Shown one piece after another: positions 1-14,085 of a stretch of 64,000 bases of DNA. How positions within the stretch are numbered: the first letter of the stretch is position 1; each line of letters starts with the position of its first letter. The stretch spans positions 99,021-163,020 of the forward strand of contig NW_014577075.1 of NCBI RefSeq assembly GCF_000485595.1. The letters run 5' to 3'. The notes beneath the pieces were generated by a model. That model was not told where the DNA came from. It made no database searches and worked only from the letters and a program-made list of their open reading frames with translations. The stretch is from Priapulus caudatus (Eukaryota). The position numbers and the translations under genes are program-made.

Positions 1-642
1 AGGAACAGTAATTGCGTTTTCCGTCACTTCTGGTGACATAACATAGCACGTACGTACCTGTTGCTGCGGGACTGAGCGATGGATACCGCACAGTAAGAGA
101 AATGCGACGGCTACCAGTGTCCCCATCATGCTCATCATCTCTCTCTCTCTCTCTCTATCACCCTCTTCCGAACGGAGTTATCAAATCGATCTATCCGGAT
201 CTATCGACTAATCGATCGGAGGTATCAATCGGCGGACGCTCTCGGTCTGTAGCCGCACAACTTGACAGGTGCACCAGCACGCCACCACTCGCTCGCTCGC
301 TACACGTGCAGTCTAGCGCCGCTATACCGCGTGCTATCGTCGTCTGCCGTCACCGCCCGACACTGCTACCGCCCGACACTGCTACCGCTACCGTCTGCTG
401 CGTGTCGGCAGTAGCGAGCGTGTCATTCACCTTCACCCATCGGCGCGCAACCGGTTTTACCGGTAGCCATGCATCCATACCCAGAAACTCTCGCTCACTT
501 TCTCTCGGCCGCCTGCCTGCCCCGCGGGGGCGCGGATCTCACGGGAATGCGCGGAGAGGATGAGCAGAAGGCGAGAGATAGAGGAATGGGAGGGGGGTGC
601 AGAGAGAGAGACGAGAGAGAGAGGGGGATTGAGCGCGGAAGA

Positions 643-817
643 GCGCTAACGCTCCATTAGGAGTGTTCCCAACTTTGATATAATTAATGATTAATGATTA
701 ATGATTAATGATTGATAATCCTAATCCTAACCCTAACCCTAACAGGCTATAACCTATAACATAACCCTAACCATTAATGACATTACAGTTGGGAACACTC
801 CTAATGGAGTATCACCC
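643..817. mobile_element. MITE with internal (CCCTAA)n tract
   Basis: TIR core CTCCATTAGGAGTGTTCCCAACT / AGTTGGGAACACTCCTAATGGAG, flanked by a CGGAAGA direct repeat. Confidence 0.75.
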
Positions 818-950
818 CGGAAGAAAGCGAGAGGAACAGAGAGAATTTTAAAGGAAGGCGAGAGAGAGGGGAGAGAGAGAGCGCGCGCGCGAGAGAAAGA
901 GAGAGCGAAGGAGAGGGAGAAATAACGAGGGAGCGAGAGAGAGAGAGGGA

Positions 951-996
<46 letters not shown>

Positions 997-1397
997 GAGA
1001 GGGGGGGAGCGGTAGAGAACGGGTTGAAAGACGAGATGCGCGCAGGTAGTCATCATATATACGGCAGCGGTCAACCGTGATGTATGGTGACGGCCCACGC
1101 CACGCCTACGCGTACAGTGGTCATCGGTTACAAACCCAGCGTCGCTCACCGACCCTCCTGCATGGCTCATGCCGGGCCGGTATCCCAACAACTTAGTTGG
1201 TTATCGAAAAAGTTTGTGGATGTTTGAGTGCCCAACATAGCTGCGTAGATCTTGTATTTGCCCATAGAATTAGATAGTAACCCTATATCTATATCAAAGT
1301 GTTTGCCACCGGAAAACGGCACGCTGGTCACTCTAAACGTCATAACTGACGTCACATGACAACAAATCATATGTAACCGTAGCTCTACCGGTGTAGC

Positions 1398-1452
1398 CAT
1401 AGAAATAATATAGGTAGACTAGGTAGAATAGGTGTCTCTATATATTTCTATG
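1398..1452. mobile_element. 55-bp miniature TIR element
   Basis: CATAGAAATA...TATTTCTATG termini with an exact 8-bp TSD GGTGTAGC. Confidence 0.75.
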
Positions 1453-3629
1453 GGTGTAGCTCCTTCGCTTCCGCTACCGAGGCTACACCGTAGCGCACTA
1501 CACGCCCTGTAGCAGGAGTAGGGGGCTACGCCGATAGAGCTAATGTAAACGCATTTCACCACAGGTGGCAGTGATCCCACGAACGAATGTCTGAGGTAGA
1601 AATAATTCGGACCTGTTTCCAAGTTACGCACTCGATCAATCGACGAAAAGATTGATGTTTGCGTTGTTGGTGAAGCCAAAACTACAGATGCCGACGACCA
1701 CGATCGAAGCATCAATGTACGCAAAAGAATCACATTATGTTCATTGTCATAAAAAGGCCATGATGCGGTATAGTGTGAGGCGTGAAACGGCCGTATATTT
1801 TAAAGTTATTGCGAAAAATTAATATTTTTATCGTCAGACGTGATTTCTCTATGAGTGATGCGTGCGTGGTTCCCTTCTAGAATTTAATGTTAGCCAGAAA
1901 ATGACAAAATATTTAGCGTAAATTTTATTTTTTCATAATTTTTTTTTTATGGATTATAAAGCCTTTTGGTTTTCGGCTTGCTTAGTAGTTTAATCAAAGG
2001 ATTCTAGTGCAAAATTAAAATATTTACGTTCTATCTATGTCTGTCTATCTATCTTTCTATCTGCCTATCTATCTATCCATCCATCTATCTCTCTATCTAT
2101 ATGTCTGTCTGTCTATCTATGCATCTATCTATCAATCTACGTATTTTTCTATCTACCTATATGCCTACCCACTACTACTTCTTTCTCTATACAACAATCC
2201 CTCAAATATCAATGACTGCATGAATTTTATAAAGTCATACTAAAATCCGGAGTACGTACCTATCTATATCTATCTATCTATCTATCTATCCACACATCCA
2301 TCTATCCGTCCATCATATGTTGATGAAGGGTACTGGGAGGAAGGAATGTAAGGAAAGCAGGAAGAGAATAAACGTGGCCGAGAACAATGAGAGAAGGAAG
2401 GGAGTAAGGAAGTAGGAAAAGTATGATTGATAACGGTTAAGTACTAGGGCAAGAAAGAGGAGTAATGTGAAGTGGGAAGGGAGGGTGGAGAATCGTTACA
2501 GGTTGTGGAACATAAAGCAGGAGGAGAATATTGGAACTGGTGAGAGATAAAATGGTGAAGAATAAGGAAGGCAAAAGTGGAGAAAGCTGTAGTAGTCTAT
2601 TACTTGAACAGCATCATTACATCACTATGACATGATCACCATGTCTATGTTCATCAGTATTCGACCTGCACCCTTATCGTGGTCACATCACTATTAGTTG
2701 AGCTTCATGTACATGTTGTATTATTCTATGCAATTATGCATAACCTTTATTATGATATCATTAAACGCATATACAGGTTCCAGTTATTCGTATCAATTAT
2801 GCATGTATCTCTGATTGTCACAGAAACAAAGTACACATTCTTACCCGTTCTAAGCAACATTGTGATATTGCCAAGGTAATTGCCTTATAGCAATTATAAT
2901 GATATAAACAGGAGTAAGCTAATGAATAACGAATAATAAGTAATTACAATTATTATAATATATTATAATATTATTATGATATATTATAATATTATCTTAC
3001 TTTTGGTAGTAATCATAATTAAAGACATAACTGCCACAGGTTAACACAGAGCACATGCCCACAGAAAGAGCAGGGAGTAATACCCTGCTGCCACCTTGTG
3101 TGGATAAATGTTGAATTCTCATGCAGATGCAAAACAGACCGAGCATTCTAGACTGTAAACATGCTAGACTGGTCCCGTGATCTCCTAAAGCCGCTTAATA
3201 CTACTTAACGATAAAAACGGTACAATCTCACAAATCATCGAGGGCGATAATACTGATCGAGCGGCATCCGCTCAACACAAGCACTGCTAAAAAGATGACA
3301 AGACACATCTCCACCCGAGTTTCTCAGCTATTGCCACGATGGCGCCATCTATACGAGAAACGTGGCTCTCCATCTCGACTAAAGTTTGAGTAAGCCGCGC
3401 GCCCGGGAACGAGCGAAGAAAACAAACGCTCCGCCACGACACACAGATGCGCGGCGCCGAATGTGTGACATCGCCCCGGCAACCAACGGAATCTCTACTA
3501 GCAACCGCGGCGTGACCGTGTCAGCTTCGTCAGTCAGCATAGCTGTTCCCCGTAATCTCCATCTATCGATTCAGCAATGACATCAAGGGTCTGATAGATC
3601 CTCTAGCCGACTGACAATTCTGAAATAAT

Positions 3630-3960
3630 TATCTGGCTATCACCCTAGCTATTTGGCAATGATTCTAGCTATCTGGCAATAATTCTAGCTATCTGGCAAC
3701 TCCTCTATCTGCCTGGCAATGGTGCTACTGCTATCTGGCAATTCTAATATGTGTCTGGCAAACTATTTTCTGACTCTATTGTTAGTGGCAAAATAAAAAT
3801 ATAACCGTATCTGACACTAATGAAAGTTATACCTGATATTCGACTAGCAATCAGTCATTCATACTACCTGGCAATGTTACTAGCTTTCTGGCGGTTCTAC
3901 TAACTATTTAGAACCTCTACTAATTAACTGGAAATTTTACTACCATCATGAAAATGCCTG
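3630..3960. repeat. Degenerate ~20-bp tandem repeat (TAGCTATCTGGCAATAATTC-like)
   Basis: Unit recurs with increasing divergence. Confidence 0.65.
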
Positions 3961-4700
3961 AACGATTTTACTAGCTACCAAATATGGCATAAACCTGCTA
4001 TATCCACGAGTTATCTTCGTTATATTGCACAGATTAATTTGTGTATGTACTGGCATAGACATCTGGTAAACGTTTTGCTACGGCTTTGCTACAATGATGT
4101 TCTGGTTATAGGTAGTACAGATTGGACATTGTGACATTGTAACTGCGGACTACAACCTAACCCTAACCCTGTATTAGTATACCCTTTAATTGTGCTGCCA
4201 CTTGGCATCCCTCAGTTGATTCCATACCTACAGCTTACCTTAACAACCCTAACATCTAACTCTTACACTGTCACAAGGACACAATAACGAAAGAAATTGG
4301 TTTCCTTAGGAGCCATAGTTTTTTGTTAGTGAAGCCGACCAAACTGTGGGGGTAACTGTGGATGCTGCTGATACGGTCCCTTGCCTTCTAGACTACATTA
4401 GATGTCACGGATGATGTCATCTTGTAGGCCGCATGCAGAAATCACAGATGTCATCATGACGCGAGAAGACGAATCATGGATGATGTAACTCATAGTAAAA
4501 CAAATCAAGAATGACGTCATCGCAAGGAGCATGAATCACGTCACCAATGCGTCATCACTGCGAGCAAAAATTACAGACGAAGACGTTGTTATCACAGAAG
4601 ACCCTGCATCACAAATGCTGTATGCGCCTCATCACTGCTTCACAGACGTGCCGCTGCCAAGGATGTTTCTCTGACAGATGCTGCGCACTCCTCATCCGCA

Positions 4701-4875
4701 TCACCTGCTTGGCTTCACGCTGATGACGCGATGCAGCATATCAAAGCTGTTGCCGTCTGGTTGCACGCTGATTGTGTCGCCGAGGCGCGTGCGCACGACG
4801 AGGTAGCCGTATTCGTCTAGTCCTTCTACCGTCACCTGCTGTAAACCGTGGTCAGCTAACGTCACGGTGACACCA
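4701..4875 (-). CDS. HLCS: HLCS last coding exon (BPL_C domain)
   Basis: TTACAG acceptor; GVTVTLADHGLQQVTVEGLDEYGYLVVRTRLGDTISVQPDGNSFDMLHRVISVKPSR*. Confidence 0.93.
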
Positions 4876-4962
4876 CTGTAATGATGTGACAAGAGAGAGA
4901 AAGTGTGTGTGAGATGGTTTATAAACACAGAGAGAGAGAGAGAGCGGAGAAAAGACAGAGAG

Positions 4963-5026
<64 letters not shown>

Positions 5027-5112
5027 GAGAGACGTGAGAGGAGAGAGAGAGAGAGAGAAGAGGAGAGAGAGAGAGAGAGAGAGAGGAGAGAGGACGAAGA
5101 GAGAGAGGAGAT

Positions 5113-5172
<60 letters not shown>

Positions 5173-5212
5173 AGATGAGTAGAGAGGAGCAGAGACGGGA
5201 GAGGAGAGAGAG

Positions 5213-5246
<34 letters not shown>

Positions 5247-5302
5247 GAAGAAGAGAGAGATGGGAGAGAGAAGGAGCGAGGAGAGAGAGAGAGAAGAGAG
5301 AG

Positions 5303-5351
<49 letters not shown>

Positions 5352-5425
5352 GATGAGAAGAGAGAGAGAGAGAGACGATGAGAGAGAGATCAGAGAGAGA
5401 GAGAGAGAGAGTAGAGAGAGAAGAG

Positions 5426-5519
<94 letters not shown>

Positions 5520-8500
5520 GAGGAGAGAAGAAGAGGAGAAAAGAAGAGAAGAGAGAGAGAGAGAGGAAGAGAGAANNNNNNNNNNNNNNNNNNNNNNNNN
5601 NNNNNNNNNNNNNNNNNNNNNNNNNNNNNNNNNNNNNNNNNNNNNNNNNNNNNNNNNNNNNNNNNNNNNNNNNNNNNNNNNNNNNNNNNNNNNNNNNNNN
5701 NNNNNNNNNNNNNNNNNNNNNNNNNNNNNNNNNNNNNNNNNNNNNNNNNNNNNNNNNNNNNNNNNNNNNNNNNNNNNNNNNNNNNNNNNNNNNNNNNNNN
5801 NNNNNNNNNNNNNNNNNNNNNNNNNNNNNNNNNNNNNNNNNNNNNNNNNNNNNNNNNNNNNNNNNNNNNNNNNNNNNNNNNNNNNNNNNNNNNNNNNNNN
5901 NNNNNNNNNNNNNNNNNNNNNNNNNNNNNNNNNNNNNNNNNNNNNNNNNNNNNNNNNNNNNNNNNNNNNNNNNNNNNNNNNNNNNNNNNNNNNNNNNNNN
6001 NNNNNNNNNNNNNNNNNNNNNNNNNNNNNNNNNNNNNNNNNNNNNNNNNNNNNNNNNNNNNNNNNNGAGGGAGGGAAAAAAAAAGGGGGGGAAAGGAAGG
6101 GTGTGAACGAGAGAGGAAGAGGGAGAGAGTGATTGTGAGGAAGAGAGATGCACTGCTCATTCTGATTTTGTTCTATATGATATATAATATATATTTATAT
6201 ATATATATATATGTATTAATAATAACTATATGGTAGATAGTATAATTATTAATCAATATAATTAACAATAAATAATAAATATTAATATGTGCTTGCTTCA
6301 GGCTGTGTGCGTGAAGTCAGCAACAGCTCTCCAACATGCTGCATCAACGACCTCATTCGCCAGCACAACTCCGTTCGTGGTGGCGCCCTCTGTGAAACTG
6401 GTCGATTGGAGCAGGTGAATCGCGCGATCGTTCACGCAGCTAGAGCGGCTCGTGCGACGATTCGACGAGGACGCGTCTGCCGTCAAGCAGCTCTACTATT
6501 GATCGATGGCTTCACAGGTACGTACGCGGACGCATGGTAGCTATGAGGCAGCAATGGGATGGGGAAGCCTGGGTTGTACATGGATGATGTTAGGGGGCCG
6601 CCAAGCGGTACGTAACATACGTAAGTAACGTACGGCGTGATGAATGCATCTGTGCATGCGTGTGTGGTTCCCGAACGTGCATGCATGCAGTGACATTGCG
6701 CGGCTATCTGTTACTAGGGAAAGAAGCAGATGGTGCGCGTATACATATATACATATCTGCTTCTCTCTCCCCGCATATGTCTCGTTACAATGTTGACGTT
6801 AGCTGACCACAGCCTGCATCAGGTGAGGGTGGTGGACACTGAACGACTATGTATATGTACACATGTCTATAAACCATCTCACACACACTTTCTCTCTCTC
6901 TTGTCACATCATTTACAGTGGTGTCACCGTTGACGCTAGCTGACCACAGCCTGCATCAGGTGAGGGTGGTGGACACTGAACGACTATGTATATGTACACA
7001 TGCTTATAAACCATCTCACACACACTTTCTCTCTCTTGTCACATCATTACAGTGCGTGTGTCACCGTGACGTTAGCTGACCACAGCCTGCATCAGGTGAG
7101 GGTGGTGGACACTGCAACGACTATGCATATATTACACATGCTTATTCTTTCTCCCGCCCTCTCTCCCTCCATCTTCCTACCTCTCTCCCTCCATCTCCCT
7201 TCCTCTCTCCCTCTATATCTCACCACCATGCTTACCTCATACCCAGGCTCGCTTCTCACCGCCTCCACAATGGCGAGAGCCATGAGATGCTGCAGGAACG
7301 GGGTTCGTTTGCCGAGCACAGACATCAGCGGCACGCGCACGACTGCGGAGAACATCGCGCAGCCGCGCGGGCTGATCCACGCGTTGCCGCTGCGGCCGCG
7401 TCCCGCCGTCTGCTGCCGCGCGATCGCCACGACGCCCGTGTCCGCCGGCGTCACAAACATCAACCTGTGAGAGACGTGCGATCGGTTCATGACTGATGCG
7501 GCGTGATGCGAATTCACTAGTAACGATGTCAGGAGTGTATAATAGATAGAGTATAATACAGTGATCTATATATTATCAAGAGCAGATAATAACACATCCT
7601 CATGTGCTCTTGATATTATACACTCCTGATGTTGTAGTGAATTTGTAGTTATCTATCGATCGATCGAACCATCGATCCACCCATCCATCCATATAGACAT
7701 ATACACCAAGACACCAATTAAAGGACTAGTGTCGAGCTTTTAAACCTCAAAATAACCCAGTCACACTTCAAGTATGTGTTTCTTTTTATCCTTCAAGTTT
7801 GTCAAAAAAATCCGTCAAAATAAGCACGCAGTAATGTTGTTACACCGGTTTATATATTCGAAATCTCTGCACTGCTATAAGAAATGCTGGATCGCTGATG
7901 TCACCTGTGTGACGTATTTGTAGCCGTATGCGGCGCTGCAGCTAGGCGGTTCGTTGTAAAGTGTGTGTTTGGAATGGGGAACCGAGTATGATTTAGACGA
8001 GTTAGTCCACAAATCTCACGTTTGCTTCAATCAACGTTGTTTCGTTATATGTCGCTGAGAAAAAAAAAAACGCTGAGACGTCGGCTATATTATAAGAACT
8101 AATCTATGTACTGAGTAATATTAAATTCTTTACTTAACAATGGAGGTTCACTTTATTAATGTAAAAAAAAAGTAATATTTGGAACTTTGGCGTAAGCGAA
8201 TTATTAACTTTTTTAACATATAAAAGCTATTGTGGTTGGAAACGCGATCAAATGGCAAAGTGCTTCATTTAACGTTGTTTCAGTTTAAGTGACGGTTATC
8301 TACGACTACGACAATGTTACTACGACGTTAGTGAGCGAATTGGTGTATATATATATATATATATATATATATTGACTACAATGACGATAGTGTTTAACTA
8401 CCGGAAATTACCCTCACTCCCCGAAAATGCCCCAACGTTAATTGTGTGTAAACAACGCCCACATTCGAAGGCCCCGCGTGCTACATACACGGCGCCACCT

Positions 8501-11500
8501 ACCTGTCGAACAAGGTCATCGTCGTTGGCACGACCTCGCAGAACATGACAGCCTGTCCTAGGACCTCCGTGTCGAGGCTCTTGAAGTAGGCGACCTCGTC
8601 AAACGCCCACGTCGTCGCGTCGCCGTGGCGACCGCCTCCGCCACCGCGTTCCTTGTGGAAAACGCTGCAGTTGCCGTTGCTCGGAATCACGGTGTGGTCA
8701 CGGTGAATGACCGGCAAGAGGTCAGGGGTCACGGCGACGTCGGGGCTCGTGACGGTGTCCGAGGTCGCGGTGAGGTCAGAGGTCACAGTTGGGTCAGAGG
8801 TGAAGCGCAGGGAGACGACCTTTGATTGCAGGACGCCGTTGACCAAACTTGGGTTGAGGGCAGAGAGCAGCCTCTGTTTCACAGCCTGATCAATAACAAC
8901 TCGATTAATCACTGATTTCAATCAATAAATTAATAAACAATAAATAAATAAATAAATTACATTCAGATTTTGCTCAATAAATAAATAAGCAAAATATGAT
9001 GAATCAATAAAAGATTACCTAATCTCTATCAATGAATTATTATGCAACCTATGTATCAATATGCAACCTAGACATGAATCAATAAACAGTGTCCTCATCG
9101 CGCATTTGCATCATGGATTGAGGTGAAGGATAAATACCACAGGATATCAGCTCTTATCACTGCATAGGTATGGAATGCAGGGCAATGCAATAGCAACAAC
9201 TGCAGCTATATCAATCCAGAGAGTGATGGATGACCGCATTTCAATGCACGCCAGTACATGCATATATTATATATATATATACAGGTATGTAACATCTATA
9301 AATAATACATAGATGTGGAGTCGTTCATAGTACGTGTACACAATATGACCACATTTATACACACAAAACGCATATATAAATGTATGATGTATATGAAATG
9401 ATGTTGTATACACGAACCTGATGTCTTAGTGTGTGGGTAGGCACGGGTTCGCAAGGGTGGATCCCACGGCCTACAGTCAAATACACAGACACGCATGAAC
9501 ACACTCATGCACGCACATACGCATGCACGCCCATACGCACATATTTGTCAGTAATATTAACTACGTGCACACCTCAGACTTAGTGTAGAGATAAGCAGGG
9601 GTGAGGCAGGGTTGTTCGTGTGGCGTACAATCCATTCCCATCCTCTCCAGTAGATGACGCACTGTGTCGATGCGTGCGCTGTTTGCTTGTTTCAGACTTG
9701 TGAACATGTCCTCACTGACTCCGGCCTCTGCCGGCTCCATGTCAAGCCGCACCTATAAACAAGAGAGCAACCCGGTAAACAATGGCAACACTGGTAATCT
9801 ACAACACAATAATAAACAGATGGGTGATCAACAACAACACGTATACACATAGTATAGCATTACACACATTATACATATATACATTTAACCAAGGGAGTCC
9901 AACGAACTCATAAAGTCGACCTTTTCAACTTTGATCAGAAATGCTAGCATGCTATACTCCTGCAAAGTATCATCACATATTGCGTCAAAGGATAATCCGT
10001 GATAACAATGGGAACTTCTTGCAACTATTACATGGTTCATACAGGAGGACTGAAATTTTTTCCAAGGACTTTTCAAGCACTTTTCAAAGACATTTTATCG
10101 GAAATTCAAGGACATTTTATCAGACATTTTATCGGAATTCATACACAGAACAAAACATACTATTACCTGGATTATCCGATTAATTTAATAACCCCATTCT
10201 TAATCACTGCATGTCACATCTAAAACTTACCTGGATCACATTAATAAACCCTTCTAAACACTGTCACTTTTACAACATACCTTGATTTACTGACTGATTT
10301 TACTGACTTACTGTAATTTGTGATCATCATTTAACTGTCTATCGGTGTCTAGACTATAGCTTTTTAAGCTCATTTAACGCAATTTTTATTGAGGTTTGCA
10401 CATTATTGATGGTACAAAATTTCGTTTTATTACAGGCAAGGATTCTTTCTATAAATTCAAGGACATTTTCATGAAATTCAAGCACTTTTCAAGCACAAAA
10501 TCAACATTTACTAAATTCAAGTACTTTTTAAGGACTCCCCTCAAATTCAAAGACTTTTCAAGGACTGTGCAAACCATGTATTAGGAGAAGCTGCGTTACA
10601 CAAACGCGGTTACCCGAGGTACAATATCGGCTGTTGTGACGAGCGATGCATTAATTTTCATTCTCAGCGTCACACCTATGCATTTTTCCAACATGCTCCA
10701 TGAAGCTATCATGCCCCCCCCCCACACACAACACTCAATACAGCAGCTAGCCACTTTGCATGCAAGCACCACCCGAAAGTGCATCGCACACTGGCTGCTG
10801 TCTGGCTTACAGTGTGCGCCTCACAAACCTTCTCGGGACGCTTGCTGAAACACTAATGCTCATTTCCATAGAATGAACTGGTATTGTGGAAATTTCAATG
10901 AGTGAAATGGACTCCTGCATGTCAAACCAGAGAGCCTGACAGTCGATCAGGGTGTACTTGGCTCTGGACTCGTGTGCTAATTTTGAATTCCATAATATAG
11001 ATAGGTACATAGCCAGAGGTAGGTTACCTGGGATAACATAGCACAGCCGCCAGTCTCCGTGCTTCTCACTTCCGCCACCAGAGTGTGCTGCGTGTCCTTG
11101 TCGGCGACGACGGCCTCGACGCTTAGCGACGGCATCAGCACGTCTCGCGTGTCATACCAGCGACCCTGCGAGAGCAGACGCGCGTCACATCCCGCGGGCG
11201 TCGTTGCCGTGACAACGACGCGCCGCCGCCGCTGCGTCTTCCGCATTGGCTGCACGCCGACGAATCGCTGATCGAGCGGCGAACACACGCTGAGGAGGCG
11301 CCCCCCGGTGGCAAAATACCGCATCATGGTCTCCTCGACGCCCGGCTGAAGGTGGTCACACGAGACGAGAAGCAAGGTGGCGCCACCCACCCACGGCGCG
11401 CCGAGGGCCTGCTCCGACGTCAGCCGGTAGATGGCGTAGCTGTCGGGGTTGAGGCACAGAGAGAGGGCGCCACGTGCAAGCTGGTAGCGGCGGGCGGAGT

Positions 11501-13893
11501 CCTCGCCCGCCCCCGTGTACACGAGAACGTTCGGCGCCGTAGACGGGGCCCTGTAGGGGGCGCCGGCAGGCGCGACGCTCGTCCCGCCCTTGGTGCTGGC
11601 ATCTGTAACATTAGATCGAGCAGACGATATCACATCCGGCAACGCCGCTGTCACGTCGTCCTCCCGCCAGGGGGCGCCGGCATCGCGGTTCGTCTCTTCA
11701 TTCCCCCGCAAGGGGGCGCCGGCGTCGGGACTGGCTAGACTCGCCGTCTCGGTCGATCGTGACTCGGTGGAGGAGTCCGTGTCGGCGATGGCCCCCCTGT
11801 GCCTCCCCCTCCCCCCCGCACCGCGGCGACCCCCTCCCCCCGCGGCCTCACCCGCGCCGGGCCGCCGGGCCGCCATCTCCTGCCCGCCCTCGTACGACTC
11901 GCCACTGAAGTCGCTGACCTCGGTGAGTGCCACCAGGTGGCAGGCCGTCTGCTGGACGATGAGATCCTCGATGCGCAGAGACACGTCGCCGCTGCTCTGC
12001 GTCGAATCCGACGACAGCGTCTTACGCGACGACCCGCGCGACATCGACGCCTCGCCGGCGCCCCCTGCTGGCACGGCGGTCTCCTCATCAACGCCTCCAG
12101 GTGACGCTGCGGGAGGCTCGTCGTGCAGAGACACCTGGCAATGCATAGCACGCAGCGCGGCGCGGTGCGGGGAGTCAGGTGCGCCTCCATCGTTGGCACG
12201 CTCCCACGGAGCCCCGCGCGAGTGTGGCTCGCTCTCGGACGTCCGCGCGGCCGCCAGGGGGCTCTGCGGCTCGCCGTGGCGAAACGGAGACTCGCGGCAC
12301 TCAGGCACCGGTGATAACGTCCCGCTCGGTGGCGCCCCCTGCACGCCACACCGCTGCACGATGTCCGGCGGCGCCCCCTGGGGGCTGTCGCCGAGCACGA
12401 CCTCGTTAAGCAGCTCGTTAATCAGCGTCGTCTTGTCGACGCGCCGTTCCTCGCATCCGCCGAGAAACTCTGCGACAGTGACGCCCCCTACGTCGCGCAA
12501 CGCAAACTCCCCGTCATCCGCCGGTTCCCCCTGGTGGCCCGCCGGTTCCCCCTGGTGGCCCGTCGGTTCGTCGGACGCCGGCGGCAGAGGCGGCTCCAGC
12601 TTGCGCGAGATGAGCGTCGCGAGGTTCGTCTCGGAGATGCCACGAGAGGGCGCCGCCGTCACGAGGCTCGCGCGGCTGCTCGGCGCAGAGCTGAGTTGGA
12701 AGCGCGGCGTGCCGTCGCCCCGATCCGAGTCCGAGTCCGTGTGGCGCCCCCAGGCGATGGCAAAGTCCAGCTCCGAGTCGACAAAGTACATAGACGAGTT
12801 CGGCGCGCAGTAGCGCGAACTATCGGTGCCCTGGTGCATCGTCTCCGAGTCGTGCGCGGACACGGGCCGCGAGGGGGCGCCGCCGTTCACCTCGTCGCCG
12901 CTCGTGCGACGCCGGAAGTCGGCGAGGATCTGCGAGACCTTGCGCGCGACCGACGCGACCCTCGGGAGGCTCCAGGGGTCGGGGGTCGCTGGATCCGCGG
13001 CGCGGGGCGACCTCGCGCCGGCAGTGGAGCGGCGGCCGTGACGCGGATGCGGGGCGAGTGACGCTGAGTCCCTCGCCGCGGCGGACTTTCTGGGCAACGT
13101 AGGTGGCGCTGTGATACAGAGCGAGAAGCGGGATGAGTTGCAGGGAGGAGGGTATGGGTGGGTGGGGGGAATCTCATATCGCTTCACACGGCCTTTAAAA
13201 CGGCGTGTTCTCGCAGCAATAAGAACATTTCGTGATGTTTGCATGATACTGCAAGTATACTCACAGTAGGTGTATGTAGGCTTTTTGTTGCGAGGTTTAT
13301 CCATTATGCCACGTTATCATATGTGACCCGAGAACTTCTAGCTGTTACGTTTCAATTCGCTCTGTCCATGTGGCCCCCGATTGCGAACAATTCGTAGCCA
13401 GCCTGATTATACGTACGTGCGTATACAATATACACACCCAGGAATCACATGTGAACGAACAATGTGCAGTTTTCTCACCAGAGGGCGGCGCCATCGTCGT
13501 CTCGGCAGTGCGGCGGCAGAGGTGCAGACGACGACTCGCTGGCGCAGAGCAGAGCTGGGAGTCGTGAAGCAGCTGCTGAGGTTGACCCGTGAACGATACA
13601 GCTGTCAGGAGATGAAGGTAGACACGTACATATACACATATCTCCCTCCTCACTGCTGAGGTGGACCCGTGAACGATACAGCTGTCAGAAGATGAAGGTA
13701 GACACGTACACATACAGATATCTCCCTCCCCACTGCTGGGGTGGACCCATAAACGATACAGCTGTCAGGAGATAAAGGTAGACACGTACATATACAGATA
13801 TCTCCCTCCCCACTGCTGGGGTGGACCAGTGAACGATAGAGCAGTCGGGACTCGCAAGGAAAGCCGATAACAAGAAACACGTGCTTCTCACTG

Positions 13894-13978
<85 letters not shown>

Positions 13979-14015
13979 GTCTCTGTCTCTGTCTCTGTCT
14001 CTGTCTCTGTCTCTG

Positions 14016-14048
<33 letters not shown>

Positions 14049-14049
14049 G

Positions 14050-14085
<36 letters not shown>

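Noticed and set aside
4852..6160. Long ORFs of ERER/SLSL type spanning Ns
   Set aside because: They are translations of a (GA)n microsatellite and an assembly gap.
11590..12813. 407-aa plus-strand ORF
   Set aside because: It is the antisense shadow of the GC-rich HLCS exon.
13109..13304. N-terminal part of the 775-aa ORF (MDKPRNKK...) as the HLCS start
   Set aside because: A phase-compatible acceptor at 13108/13109 and upstream exons with an HLCS-like N-terminus indicate this part is intronic read-through.
13585..13835. Regularly spaced repeats as a CRISPR array
   Set aside because: Whole units are repeated with no unique spacers, the context is a eukaryotic intron, and there are no cas genes.
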